NCBI GenBank assembly: GCA_030295235.1
Contig: AP026155.1
Coordinates: 372,001 to 436,000 of the forward strand
Direction: 5' to 3'
Source of the DNA: Fistulifera solaris
Lineage: Eukaryota
Length of the DNA stretch: 64,000 nt
Shown here: one piece after another, positions 24,007 to 35,624 of the stretch
Layout of the letters: each line of letters opens with the position of its first letter
Position numbering within the stretch: the first letter of the stretch is position 1
Notes under the pieces: model-generated
The model's input: only the letters and a program-made list of their open reading frames with translations
Told to the model about the DNA's origin: nothing
The model's database searches: none
Translations under genes and position numbers: made by a program

Positions 24007-25088
24007 ATGGTGGATAAAATTCAATATCCCGGTTTGACCGATCCTTCGTTGCAGCATTGCGTCCGTCTCAATTCGGGAAACCAAAAGTACTTGGATTTTG
24101 CATGTCTTTTTCCTACCTTTGGAAAAACCTACTTTCCGTAAGTTAATACCAGTACTACATAAGGAACAAGCAACTTTATTGAGATTTGTACTCACAAATT
24201 TGTCACCTTCATTTTCGTCATCCTCGTCTACGTCAGGTTCGAACTGAATTACGACCCTGTGGGCCCCCGTGATTGGATGAAGGACAACTTCTGGATTCCC
24301 GTTGCTTGCGCTATCATTTATGCTATCGCTATTTTCTGGGGACGTTCGTACTTTGAGAAACGATCCGCTTGGAACTGGCGTGCTCCCTTGGCCTTGTGGA
24401 ATTTCGGACTTTCGCTCTTTTCGACGATTGGCTTTATCCGCGTGGCCCCCTTTGTGTTGTTCAACATCTACTCGTACACCTTGAGAGAAAATTGCTGTTT
24501 TGATCCGGAAAGTCACGTGGGAAGTGGAGCTACGGGATTCTGGTCGCAAATGTTTGTCTTGTCGAAAATTCCGTAAGTCGCCCTTGTCAATCTCTCTCGA
24601 CACATCACACAACACTCTTTCTGACATTCGGCAACAGTGAACTCTTTGATACATTCTTTATTGTGATCCATAAGAAGCCTCTCATGTTCCTTCACTGGTA
24701 TCATCACATTTCGGTGCTTCTCTTTACTTGGCATGCCTATGTGAACAACTCGCCAACGGGTGCTTTTTTCATCTCCATGAACTATGGTGTTCACGCAATG
24801 ATGTATTTCTATTACTTCCTCATGGCGGTTCGAATGAAGCCCAAGTGGTTCAATCCGATCTGGATTACGGTGGCTCAGATTTCCCAAATGTTCGTCGGGG
24901 TGTTCTTGACCGTCTATACGACGTACATTCTCCATTTCGAAGAACGCGAAGACTGCTTGATGAGAAAAGACATCAACCAGTCGGCTTTACTCATGTACGG
25001 AAGTTATTTGTTCTTGTTCTGCAAGTTTTTCTTTGAGCGATATTACATTCGGGGAAAACCGAGCAAGACCTCTAAAAAAGTAAATTAA
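24007..25088 (+). CDS. Fatty-acid elongase (ELOVL6/delta0-type) paralog 2, 3 exons
   Basis: FLHWYHH, MNYGVHAMMYFYY, C-terminal KKVN. Introns 24138-24236 and 24573-24637. Confidence 0.93.
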
Positions 25089-25970
25089 TTTGTTCGGGCC
25101 TGCTGGTTGCTAAGTTACGTGCTTTTAAATAAAAATGATGAGTTTGTTATGTGCCATGCAGTGATTTGAAGTAGGACGGATGGCGATCATGTTGCTAGGA
25201 AATGAAGACAGTAGTTCGTCGAGATGGAATTCGATTGATTTGTAGGGACTTCCAAAGATGTTTGAGGTAAATAGTTGTGTGGAATTCAAATTTTGATGTG
25301 GACGTGAACATATTCTTCAGCTAGGTTTTGTTGGTTTCGCAAATCTATGTTGAGCTCTTAGTCGTCCAGAGTTTGATGGAGCAAAACGAAATTCGCTCGG
25401 GAGTCGTGAGTCGTGAGGCTCTCGAAAGGGTTGTAGTTGTGGTTGTGGGTACCGGTTGGGGATAGAACTATCTTCAAGAAGTAAAGGCCATAATTGGTGC
25501 TAGAAGCACAAATATTGCTCACATATATACCGAACGTCATCGTCTTTTGGATTATAGATCCGTTTAAAGCTAAAGTTTTCATCAGTCATACTTTGTAATG
25601 TCATTCCCTTCAAGCGACGTTTTTAGCTTAGCACATGCCAAGTTTGATTGAAGGAATGCGTTCGATGGTTTCTTGTTCAGCATGATGACGGTCGCCGTGA
25701 GGATTGGACTGTCACGTCCGTACTATACGTAGAAAAGTACCCAGGAACGGTCTTCTGTACTATTTCAACTCATACCTATCAATGCTCTTGTACGTTTTGC
25801 CAGTGCCGTACCTGGTATTCTCGAGAACGACGAACAAAAGCATTGGGTCCGTCGATTTTCATCGCCATCGTCACCTCATCACGTCGACATTCATTCATCC
25901 AACCTTACATTCTCCTTCGAAAGACTGTTGTTGACTTGCTGGCTAGCTCAACGCGACGAGCTCCCTTAGT

Positions 25971-27098
25971 ATGGCCGTTGATCCCTGTCTCGCTGTCAAT
26001 GGCGACAACCTTGAGTACCGAGAATTCTCTTGTCTTTACCCTCAAGTAGAGCACTTGTACACAAGGTGCGTTGCTGCTACATCATTATTTTCTCCTGAGA
26101 ACTTTGATTTTCCTTTATTTCCGAGGTCTCGCGACGAACAGGACGTCCATTCTTGTGCAGCGCATGCATATGAATCATCCATTCGATTTTGCGCCTCGTG
26201 ATTTCTCATCTTACGTACTTTTGTGTTTTGCACTCGACAGCTTCGAGAAATTCTATGACCCTATTCCTTTGTTGAACTGGATGAAAGGGCAGCCGGGTAT
26301 TCCGGTTGCGGCGTGTATCATTTATGCAGTATCGATCTATTACGGTCAGGCTTACTTTGCCAAGCGCGATCGTTGGAACTGGCGATATACTCTGGCGGTG
26401 TGGAATCTATTTCTGAGCGTCTTTTCGTTTGTGGGAATGCTACGTACGGCGCCGCACTTGTTCCACAACTTGACGCACCTTTCGTTCCGTGACAACATGT
26501 GTTTGGACCCCCGAACCACTTACGGCAGTGGAAGCACGGGATTGTGGGTGCAGTTGTTCATCTTGTCCAAGTTTCCGTAAGTAGTGCCGCCCGTTTGTAC
26601 TTAGGAGTCTTTCGTGACGGCTCTAACCCGCTCGGTTCTGATCTCTCTTTTCACAGTGAACTGATCGACACCTTCTTCATTGTGATTCACAAGAAGCCCC
26701 TCATTTTCCTGCACTGGTATCACCACATCACGGTGCTCTTATACTGCTGGCATTCGTACGTCACTACATCCCCTACGGGAATTATTTTCACAGCCATGAA
26801 CTATACGGTTCATGCTACCATGTACGGCTATTACTTTCTCATGGCCCTTAGAATGAAACCCAAGTGGTTCAATCCTATGGTAATCACTGCGATGCAGATT
26901 AGTCAGATGGTCGTCGGAGTGGCCACGACCATTGTGAGCTATTACTACTTCTTAACGGATGCCGAATGTGCTTTGGATCGGGGCAACAACATTGCGGCCT
27001 TTCTCATGTACGGAAGCTACTTGTTCCTCTTCTGTCAGTTCTTTTTCTCGCGATACTTTTCGCTCAAGAGCTCGCCTGTCAAAAAGAAGACAGTTTAA
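25971..27098 (+). CDS. Fatty-acid elongase (ELOVL6/delta0-type) paralog 3, 3 exons
   Basis: FLHWYHH, MNYTVHATMYGYY, C-terminal KKTV. Introns 26066-26240 and 26577-26656. Confidence 0.93.
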
Positions 27099-27670
27099 AA
27101 TTGTGTTTCTTCTATCCGCTATTTTTTGTCTGGCTCTTGGATGTTTGAAAATAATTTAAAAAGAAAATCAAAGATTGGACTGCTGTACTTGCTTAGAAAA
27201 ACTATCAACGTATGGTTTGGTAGTTAGTGCAGCTCGTCCTGTTCTGTTTAAGAGCGAGAATAGTGTAGTTGTTTTCCATTCTCCGTGCATAATATCTAGT
27301 GCGTAATGGAAGTAGACTTAAGACAATGCTGATCAATAAAAATTCTTCATCTAGATTTTGCTGTTTCGCTTTTAGCTCTGGCCAATGGGCAAGCTTTGGG
27401 CCCAGAGCCCAGAGATTCAATGGCGATACCGGTAGGACGTATGCAAGTACTTTGTACAGCAAAACTTTTGTAGCTCGTTTTATTGCTTAACTTGCTTCTC
27501 CTGTCGTTCTCATTTTTTGCCATTGATCGTCCTCTTCGATCTTCGATACATATAGTTCGATTAATTACAAGAAAAGTCTTATCGCAATCGAGAGCAGGAC
27601 GAGCTCTCTTCGGTTAAACTGCTTGTTCTTAAAACAAAGTATTGGTCTTATCAAAGTTGCAACGAAACGA

Positions 27671-28774
27671 ATGAGTACACCCAAAGTAGCCGTCATCGGG
27701 GCCGGTTGGTGGTCGCAGGGATGGCATTTGCGCCATTTGGACGCGAATCCGAATTGTGACCTGGTTGCCATCGTAGATTTAGAAGAACAAATGAACCCCG
27801 ACTTGGATTCGCTGACGACACTTTCCGAGAAGTACCATTGCCGGAAATACTATTCCGTCGAAGATCTGTTACAGAACGAAGAGCTGGATGGCGTGATTGT
27901 AGCGACGCCCCATGCGACACACTACGAGATCGGAAAATGTATTGTGAACGCGCAAAAGAATATTCATATATTAATGGAAAAGCCCATGACGACGGTATTA
28001 TCCGATGCACGCGCATTGTTGAAAATGGTGCAACAATACAAGCCGTCCTTTCTGGTCAATCACACGGCCAACTATCGCACGCAAGCCCAACAGGCGCGAA
28101 ACATTCTACAGAAGGGACATATTGGTCGTATTCGACATGTTTCGGCGTTCTTCGTCTCGCCATTAAAGTCGATCTTTCAAGACGAAAGTCGTAAAGATTG
28201 GAATGAGCCATCGGAGGGGATGTTGGGCAATGGCTTTACGTACGGCCAGATGACTCATCTGGTGGCATGGATTTTACACGTGTGCACGGACCTGAATCCT
28301 CAAAGTGTTTCTTGTCATATGACACATTGTCCGAAGACGGGTGCTGATATTGCTGTGGCGGCTACCGTGGCTTGTGACAAAGATGCGGTTATGAGTATTT
28401 CGGGTACATCGTTGTTGCCCGGCGATGCGCATCATGATCCGCCGGTAGGAAAACGTGTGCGTATTGAAATCTATGGTGAAGGAGGTGCCTTGTTTTACAG
28501 TGGCGTCGATACGGATCCCTCCTCCGGAAAGTTGGAAGTAATTGATGTCGATGGGAACTTCATCACCCAAAATGAGCGTTTTGATTTTGAAAACACGGAT
28601 AATACGGGTATTGGTCCCGAGTCCCTGCAGAATTGGATCAAGGCATGTAACGGGGAAATGGATTACTATGTGGGAGCCGATTGTGAGCTAGGAATGAAAG
28701 CAGTGGCAGTGGTGGCGGCCATGTACGAAAGTCACCATACGGACCAGACCGCTGAAATTGATTTGGTCTCCTAA
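27671..28774 (+). CDS. Gfo/Idh/MocA family oxidoreductase
   Basis: VAVIGAGWW Rossmann motif, DGVIVATPHATH, ILMEKPM. Confidence 0.9.
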   Translation: MSTPKVAVIGAGWWSQGWHLRHLDANPNCDLVAIVDLEEQMNPDLDSLTTLSEKYHCRKYYSVEDLLQNEELDGVIVATPHATHYEIGKCIVNAQKNIHILMEKPMTTVLSDARALLKMVQQYKPSFLVNHTANYRTQAQQARNILQKGHIGRIRHVSAFFVSPLKSIFQDESRKDWNEPSEGMLGNGFTYGQMTHLVAWILHVCTDLNPQSVSCHMTHCPKTGADIAVAATVACDKDAVMSISGTSLLPGDAHHDPPVGKRVRIEIYGEGGALFYSGVDTDPSSGKLEVIDVDGNFITQNERFDFENTDNTGIGPESLQNWIKACNGEMDYYVGADCELGMKAVAVVAAMYESHHTDQTAEIDLVS

Positions 28775-29057
28775 ATCATTATGATTGTGAAAAAGGCTGA
28801 TAAAAAATGCAAAATTGTCGATGAAATTGTCCCTTTCAGCCATGTAGACTAAAGTAGAGCTACGTATGTCGGAGAACACTCTTTGTCGTTAAGATATCCG
28901 GGATTCTCCAGTCACGATCGGTATGACTGTCGTTCGCATTCATAGTCAGTTCGTGTCACCGCCTTTTTCTTCCTCACCATAATTTTCTTGGATCGCAAAA
29001 CCTGTTGCTTTTTATAATTCTTCTGTTTGTCTAAGGAAAGAGTCGTCCAAGCGCACC

Positions 29058-32000
29058 ATGGGAGTACCGAAATTCTTCCGATGGCTTTCCGAACGCTATC
29101 CTAGAATCATTCAACGCCATGGGAGTCGCCCCACAGACGCTACTTGTCAGGAGCATTTTGGAAAGCCACCTCCCGACTATTTGCCTCCACCCGATCCGCT
29201 CTCGGAATGCGGTTTAGCACCGGAAATCGATCGTTTGTACATTGACATGAATGGGATCATTCACGGCTGTTCCCATAATAATGCCGATCTTGAGTTGAAT
29301 CCTGACGCGGAAGGAGAAGCGGATATTTCCGAAGAAGAGATCTTTCGAAATGTATCGTACTATTTAGATCGGATCATCAAGGATATCGCGCAACCGAAAG
29401 AACTTGTCTACATGGCGATTGATGGTGTGGCACCCCGTGCTAAATTAAATCAACAACGAGCTAGAAGGTATAGGTCGGGTCAGGAGGGAGAGATTGAACA
29501 GACCGTCTACGACGCTCACATCAAAGCCATGGAACGAGAACAAGCTGAAATGGACAAACTCAAGGAAGCGAAAGAAAGGGATAGTCAGGAATACTCTGCA
29601 GATGGGGTCGAAAAAGTGAAGGAAATTCAACCGGGTCGTTTTACAGGCAAGTTTGAAACGTTCGAAGGCTCCTCGTATTCTGAGAGTGCTGAAGGCGACA
29701 AGAAAAAGTTTCATTCAAATACCATCACTCCTGGCACCGAGTTTTTCCAACGTTGCACCGATTATCTGGAGCAGTTCATCAAAGATAAAGTAGATCATGA
29801 TCCTGCGTGGCAGAATTTGACCATTGTCTTCTCGGGACCTCACGTACCCGGCGAAGGTGAACACAAAATCATGCAATTCATGCGTGAGCAACAAGCAAAA
29901 GATGATTACAATCCCAACCTTCGTCACTGCATCGTGGGTCAGGATGGTGACTTGGTCATGTTGGGTTTGGCCACGCATGAGCCAAATCTGGTTCTACTGA
30001 GAGAGCAAGTCGTATTTTCCAAGCGGGCCTTGCAAGCGGAGCGACTCTCACAAAAGTACGGTCTTGACATGTACATTCACAATCCAAATTTTGAATTCAT
30101 GCACATGAATTTGCTGCGGGACTATTTGGCATTGGAGTTCCGAACTTCGAACGTTATTCCGAACTCGTCCTTTGATCTGGAACACACGGTGGATGACTTT
30201 GTTTTCATGACATTTCTTGTTGGAAACGATTTTCTTCCGCACATGCCGGCGATGGATATTGCCGACGAAGCATTTGATCTTATCTTTTTCACGTATCGTG
30301 AATTGAGAAAAAAGTGGCTTCGGCAAAGCAACAAACGTCCTGGGTTGATTCCTTATCTGACACACGAGGGAAATATAGTGTCAGGGCGTCGTTTGGAGGA
30401 ATTTTTGACTTTGCTAGGTCAACATGAACTTTACTACTATGACTACAAGAAAACAAACGAAAACCTGGAAGAAACAAGACGAGTTGAGGATAAATATGGC
30501 TATGACTTTACCCCGAGTGATGATGTTATTGTCTCAAAAGAAGAATCCGATCGTGCTCGTTTTCGAGAAATGATACGCAAAAACCTTGCAGATGAGGCCA
30601 GTGATGTTGAGCTGCAAACACCGGACCAAGCGGAGTTTTTCGCGCCAGTGCTCTCCGGGCCGTTGCACAGGCGCCGGACTATTGCTGGCGACGAGCCTGG
30701 TGTTGATGGTGAAGGTGCCGGATTGTTCACGCGTATGGGGAGCTTGTTGCAATACTCAATCGCGTCAGATGATTCTGGTAGCACTTCGCTCCAAATCGAT
30801 GACCAAGACGTTAAAGGAAGGTACTACTACGATAAATTTGGATTTTCGCCATTCGATGCAGAGAAACACGTTGCACTTCGAAAAGCGTACATAGAGGGGC
30901 TCGTGTGGAACTTAAAATACTATTACGAAGGCTGTGTTTCGTGGGAGTGGTATTATCCATACCACTACGGTCCTATGTTGAGCGATCTCGTTGGTTTAGA
31001 GAAAATTTTGAAAGATATCTCCTTTGAAGGGAAAATGGGTGAACCTCTGAAGCCTTTCGAGCAACTCATGGCATGTATGCCACCTTCTCATGCAAAGTTA
31101 CTTCCCGAACCCTATCGGCCTCTTATGACAGACGAAAATTCACCCATCGCATCATTCTATCCGCGTACTTTCACAATTGATATGAATGGAAAGCGATGGC
31201 CTTGGGAGGCCGTGGTTCTTTTGCCTTTTATTGATAGCAAGCGTCTTATTGAAGCAGCGAAATCGGTTGACTCCTCGTTGCTCTCACAGGAGGAATTAAA
31301 TCGCAATAGGCAAGGCGAGCCAGTGGTGTTTCAACGACTGGCGGATGGAAGGGATGCCTCTACTGAGAGCAAAATCGAGGTGACACCGTTGTCGTCTAGC
31401 TTTTTACACTATGCTGGTAAGCGGGTACCACTTTTTCGACCGAAGCTAAAAGATGGTATCCAGGTACCGCTCGGTGGCCGTCCAACACTCTGTGACGGTC
31501 TTGTCGAAAGTGTGATGCTTCGATCTGTACATCTTAATGTTCATGGTATGCAGAGTCGGTACAAAACTGCTTGTTTGGAACTCAGAAATGAAGCACTGGA
31601 GGTTCTTCCTGCCGAAACTATTGCCCCGCATATGATTGGGACAGTTATCTACATTGATTATCCCCATTTGACGGAAGCTTTTGTAACAGCCGTCTCTGAT
31701 CAGCAATGCATCGTTCGCGGTAACAAAACAAAGCGTCCGTGGTCGCTGAAAGAAGCTGCTGACCGCAAAATCGAAAAAAGGCGATTGATGAAAAAGTTTT
31801 TCTTTGGAGACCAATTACCAGGGTCTGGAGGTATTTCGTTCGGTAAGCTAGATAGCATGATGGAGATAGAGACAGTACTCCATGTTCGCCCGTTGCGTGG
31901 ACTTGAAACGCTTAGTGATGGTAGAGTGGTGAAGACTTTCGCCAAGTTTGAGGTAGAAGTACCACTATTCGTTACGTCGTTCCTTCCTAGCGAAGATGAC

Positions 32001-32081
32001 AAAAGACTCGCAGGTATACCAGTCAAACTCGAAGAAGACCCTTTTATTCCACCAAGACGCTTGTGGGTAAACGAATGTTAA
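29058..32081 (+). CDS. XRN1: 5'-3' exoribonuclease (XRN1-like), possibly continuing into the beta5 ORF
   Basis: MGVPKFFRWLSERYP, LYIDMNGIIH, AIDGVAPRAKLNQQR, ITPGT, PGEGEHKIM, DGDLVMLGLATHE, VGNDFLPH, YPYHYGP, WEAVVLLPFID. Confidence 0.93.
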   Translation: MGVPKFFRWLSERYPRIIQRHGSRPTDATCQEHFGKPPPDYLPPPDPLSECGLAPEIDRLYIDMNGIIHGCSHNNADLELNPDAEGEADISEEEIFRNVSYYLDRIIKDIAQPKELVYMAIDGVAPRAKLNQQRARRYRSGQEGEIEQTVYDAHIKAMEREQAEMDKLKEAKERDSQEYSADGVEKVKEIQPGRFTGKFETFEGSSYSESAEGDKKKFHSNTITPGTEFFQRCTDYLEQFIKDKVDHDPAWQNLTIVFSGPHVPGEGEHKIMQFMREQQAKDDYNPNLRHCIVGQDGDLVMLGLATHEPNLVLLREQVVFSKRALQAERLSQKYGLDMYIHNPNFEFMHMNLLRDYLALEFRTSNVIPNSSFDLEHTVDDFVFMTFLVGNDFLPHMPAMDIADEAFDLIFFTYRELRKKWLRQSNKRPGLIPYLTHEGNIVSGRRLEEFLTLLGQHELYYYDYKKTNENLEETRRVEDKYGYDFTPSDDVIVSKEESDRARFREMIRKNLADEASDVELQTPDQAEFFAPVLSGPLHRRRTIAGDEPGVDGEGAGLFTRMGSLLQYSIASDDSGSTSLQIDDQDVKGRYYYDKFGFSPFDAEKHVALRKAYIEGLVWNLKYYYEGCVSWEWYYPYHYGPMLSDLVGLEKILKDISFEGKMGEPLKPFEQLMACMPPSHAKLLPEPYRPLMTDENSPIASFYPRTFTIDMNGKRWPWEAVVLLPFIDSKRLIEAAKSVDSSLLSQEELNRNRQGEPVVFQRLADGRDASTESKIEVTPLSSSFLHYAGKRVPLFRPKLKDGIQVPLGGRPTLCDGLVESVMLRSVHLNVHGMQSRYKTACLELRNEALEVLPAETIAPHMIGTVIYIDYPHLTEAFVTAVSDQQCIVRGNKTKRPWSLKEAADRKIEKRRLMKKFFFGDQLPGSGGISFGKLDSMMEIETVLHVRPLRGLETLSDGRVVKTFAKFEVEVPLFVTSFLPSEDDKRLAGIPVKLEEDPFIPPRRLWVNEC

Positions 32082-32493
32082 AAGGAGAAGAGGATGCAGA
32101 TCAAGCATCGAAGCGTCTTATAAACGTACCTGGCGCTTTTTCGTACACAATGAGGCGCCCCATAAAAATAAGATCGCGTGCGTTTCATTCAGGTGCAGGC
32201 GGGGTTTCATTTCAATCCAATTTTTCGACCGTCTCGAATCTTCCTTTTGGAAGCAAGGGTCGTGCTGAGCGCCCTAATGCGAGGATGACACTAAACTCAA
32301 ACTTGTCCCAGAGAGCCGCTTTGCGACCCAACTATCTGGGTGCACGGCACACTTCCTTGGGTTGTAGCAAAGGGTTTTCCCTTTGCCTTGTGATTGGACT
32401 TTCGTTTTTTGCTAATGCCTATGCGTCCATCGTGGGTCCATTAAGCAATGAGTTTTTGCTTCTTCGCCGCCAGTTCGCAGCCAATTTCCCAAG

Positions 32494-33207
32494 ATGACCG
32501 AGGATGCTTCCGACTATGGGTTGGTGACGCGTTCCACACCTCCTCTGGAATTCGAGCATGGCACAACCACAATCTCGTTTCTGTTCCAAGGAGGGATAAT
32601 CGCCGCCGTGGACTCGAGGGCCAGTTTGGGAAGTTTCATTGGTTCCAAGACGGTCCAAAAAGTGCTCCCCATCAACTCGCACATGATTGGGACCATGGCC
32701 GGCGGCGCAGCCGATTGCAGTTACTGGATCCGTCTAATCTCGCAGGAAGCATTGTTTTACGAGCTTTCTCGTTCACGTCGTATTTCGGTGACGCGTGTGG
32801 CAACTCTTTTGAGTAATGCACTATATGAGAATCGGAATCTGGGTTTGTCTGTGGGGACCATGATTATGGGTTACGACGACGACAAAGCTAGTCCTCCAAA
32901 AATCTTCTATGTCGACGATTCCGGTGCCCGTATCTCCGGTGACATGTTTGCCGTCGGTTCGGGGAGTACATTTGCGTTGGGCATTCTCGATACGGAACGG
33001 AAGTACGAAATGACCGTTGAAGAAGCAATTGATCTAGGCATCAAAGCTATCCGCCATGCGACTTTCCGAGATGCGTATTCTGGAGGTTTTATCAATGTCT
33101 TTTTGATTACCCGGAACAAAGGCTGGCGGCGTGTCTACAGTGAAGACTTATCGCGGTTTTTACGAGACCCAAGCAGCGGAAATCGCATCCCTTTGGAGCA
33201 AGAGTGA
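32494..33207 (+). CDS. PSMB5: 20S proteasome subunit beta5 (chymotrypsin-like)
   Basis: HG/TTT autocleavage site (Thr1 at 32563), AVDSRAS, KV, GTMAGGAADC, VGSGS, HATFRDAYSGG. The true start is probably upstream. Confidence 0.93.
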   Translation: MTEDASDYGLVTRSTPPLEFEHGTTTISFLFQGGIIAAVDSRASLGSFIGSKTVQKVLPINSHMIGTMAGGAADCSYWIRLISQEALFYELSRSRRISVTRVATLLSNALYENRNLGLSVGTMIMGYDDDKASPPKIFYVDDSGARISGDMFAVGSGSTFALGILDTERKYEMTVEEAIDLGIKAIRHATFRDAYSGGFINVFLITRNKGWRRVYSEDLSRFLRDPSSGNRIPLEQE

Positions 33208-33565
33208 CAGCAGAAACGAATTAGAGTAAAGATTAAGGACTAGGAATTATAACTAGAGAGTAGATTGTTATATTTGCATAGGTCTAGTTGGAGTAGAACA
33301 TAAAATAATATACTCCGGTACTCCCTAATCAAAAATCAATCGCACAGGTGCAAGTGAATCACGGTCATGAAGAAGTTTCGAACTAATAGAATATATAACA
33401 GTACGATATAAGGTTGTTCGCATTTATAGGAAGTTGTGGCTTTTGTGGCAGAGTGAGAGTAAAGGCCCACGCGAAAGATGAATAGGTCTAATCTCATTTC
33501 CTCTTTTGAATAACATTGTTTTAAAAATCATTTTTACCACCCAAACAAGATTTGATTCATCCAAC

Positions 33566-34234
33566 ATGTCCAGCAACAACAATAGCAAAGATGAGTATCA
33601 ACAAGACGGCCCCGAAGCGCGCGAAATTGCCAAATACCTTCCGTATTTTCCCTTCAAAGGCATCCCTCGTTTCTACGATATCGGGGGTTTCCTGTACGAA
33701 CCCGCCATCTTTCAACAAATTGTCGATATTTTTACGGTACGATACCGTGGACTCGCCGTTGATTGCATTGCCGGATTGGATGCTCGGGGTTTTGTCCTCG
33801 GCCCACCCATTGCCTTGGCCTTGCAAAAACCCTTTGTGATGATGCGCAAGCAGGGCAAAATGCCCAATACTGTCAGCAGTACTCAATACGAAACAGAATA
33901 TGGGAGTCGTTCTGGGTTGACGGTACAACGGGATCGTATTCAACAAGGAATGCGTGTCCTCATTATTGATGATCTTGTGGCAACCGGGGGAACCTTGTCT
34001 TCGGCCATTACGTTAGTCAAAATGTTGGGCGGCATTCCAGTGGAATGCGCCTGTGTCGTGGAACTGAAAATGTTCATCAATCCCCCGAAGGAGAGTGGCT
34101 TGCCCAGTCGGACCGAACTGTTTCGCAAATTGGGACATGATCATGTCCCCATTTGGGGCTTGATTTCAGAAGATGTACTCACATTGGAAGCCCAGCTTCC
34201 GGAGGGATATGTCGATGATGGAGAAGAACATTAA
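33566..34234 (+). CDS. APRT: Adenine phosphoribosyltransferase
   Basis: GLDARGF, MRKQGKMP, EYG and PRPP motif VLIIDDLVATGGT. Confidence 0.93.
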   Translation: MSSNNNSKDEYQQDGPEAREIAKYLPYFPFKGIPRFYDIGGFLYEPAIFQQIVDIFTVRYRGLAVDCIAGLDARGFVLGPPIALALQKPFVMMRKQGKMPNTVSSTQYETEYGSRSGLTVQRDRIQQGMRVLIIDDLVATGGTLSSAITLVKMLGGIPVECACVVELKMFINPPKESGLPSRTELFRKLGHDHVPIWGLISEDVLTLEAQLPEGYVDDGEEH

Positions 34235-34411
34235 TGAAGGATTGAATGAATCATTCATGAGTTAATATTATACGGACTAGTAAATAATATTGTTATTGAC
34301 GCAGGTGTTTGTTTGTCATTAGTCATTATCCTTTGAAAGGTACGCTCGTTTCACATCACACGTCGTCCACTTTCTAGCCCTTCCTCGTCCCAGCTATGCA
34401 CTCCTTCTCCG

Positions 34412-35624
34412 TCATACGGACATTCCGTGACTCGGTGAATCTTCCGACTGTTGCCACAGCATTTGTTCTCGTAACAGCCGTTGCGGTGTACTAAAGCCCA
34501 TGACACGATCGTAATCAGGGAATTGCGGATCCGTCGGCAGCCACCACCAATACCAAGGATCTTGCCCAAAGATGTGCGCGAGGGGAATGCTGTCTTCGAC
34601 GGCCGTATCCATGGTATTTGTGGCCTTCTTTTCAGTCGATCAATCGTCCCAATGCCGGTCAATATGCCATACAAGACATTCATGATCATGCTGCTCGTAA
34701 ACAAAAAGGCGCCAATGGAGAGTAGGGTCATGACACGGACCAATTGCGTCAAGACGACCGTAAAGACACACGCCTCTTCGGCACAAAAGAAATAATTCCA
34801 TCCAAAGGTCAGCAACGAAGTGACGGAACAGATCCAGGTATACACAAGAAACAAGACAAAGTGTTTCAAATTGCCCGCCCCAATACAGTTGTTCATCCAT
34901 GGACAATGATGATCCATTCGACTGATACAACGATTACAGATTCGACAATGGTGCGAATGAGGTGGTTTGAAGGTTTGACATTGACTGCACATGGACAATT
35001 TGAGATCGGCTTGGTGTCGTTGGGCGGCCGTGGGAACGGCGGACGGTGGCACAGCGCCGGGGTCGGTCAGTGATGTTTTGACATGACACGCGAGGGCCAG
35101 GGCTGTCAAGACAGTGTAAAGGAGGGCCAACGAGACGGGAATGCCCCCGGTCGCCGCCAACCACGTCATGGTGAGGGACGAATATCCCATCAAGATCCAT
35201 ACAATGAGGGCCATGATCGTCCCCGCCGGATCGTATCGATTCAGCCAAATACCGTGTTCATCGGAAGTTCCAATCGAACAAGTCCAGGGTAAGTCATTGA
35301 AGGTATCAGTATAATAGTAGGATGTATTATCATTGTTGTTGAGGTGTGGTTGACAACAGGTACTCGCTGCATTCCACAGTCGTTTCGGGAGAGACAATTG
35401 TTTCGACTTTTCGGGTAAGGCATGCAGTGGTCCTAATCCACCGAATGTATAGGATTCTAATCGTGGGGGTGCATTCTTTCATGGATTGTAAGAGAGAGGA
35501 TGGATTGCACCAGAATAGAAAATTCCCCTGTAATAGTACTCACCGGATCATCACGATACGGAAGATCTTGCCGTTGCCGTTGCCGTGTCGAATAATCATT
35601 CGTGGGACTGGAAGGCGTCATCAT
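34412..35624 (-). CDS. DHHC palmitoyltransferase
   Basis: CSQCQTFKP..HHCRICNRCISRMDHHCPWMNNC. Short first exon with GTGAGT donor. Frameshift at the T4 run 34629-34632; adding one base restores RLKKKATNTMD. Confidence 0.88.

Noticed and set aside
23827..24654. 275-aa antisense ORF and many similar shadow ORFs
   Set aside because: They overlap well-supported genes on the other strand or frame and show no recognisable motifs.
32494..32497. ATGA stop/start overlap as prokaryote-like translational coupling
   Set aside because: Nuclear eukaryotic context, and a single homopolymer indel upstream explains the overlap.
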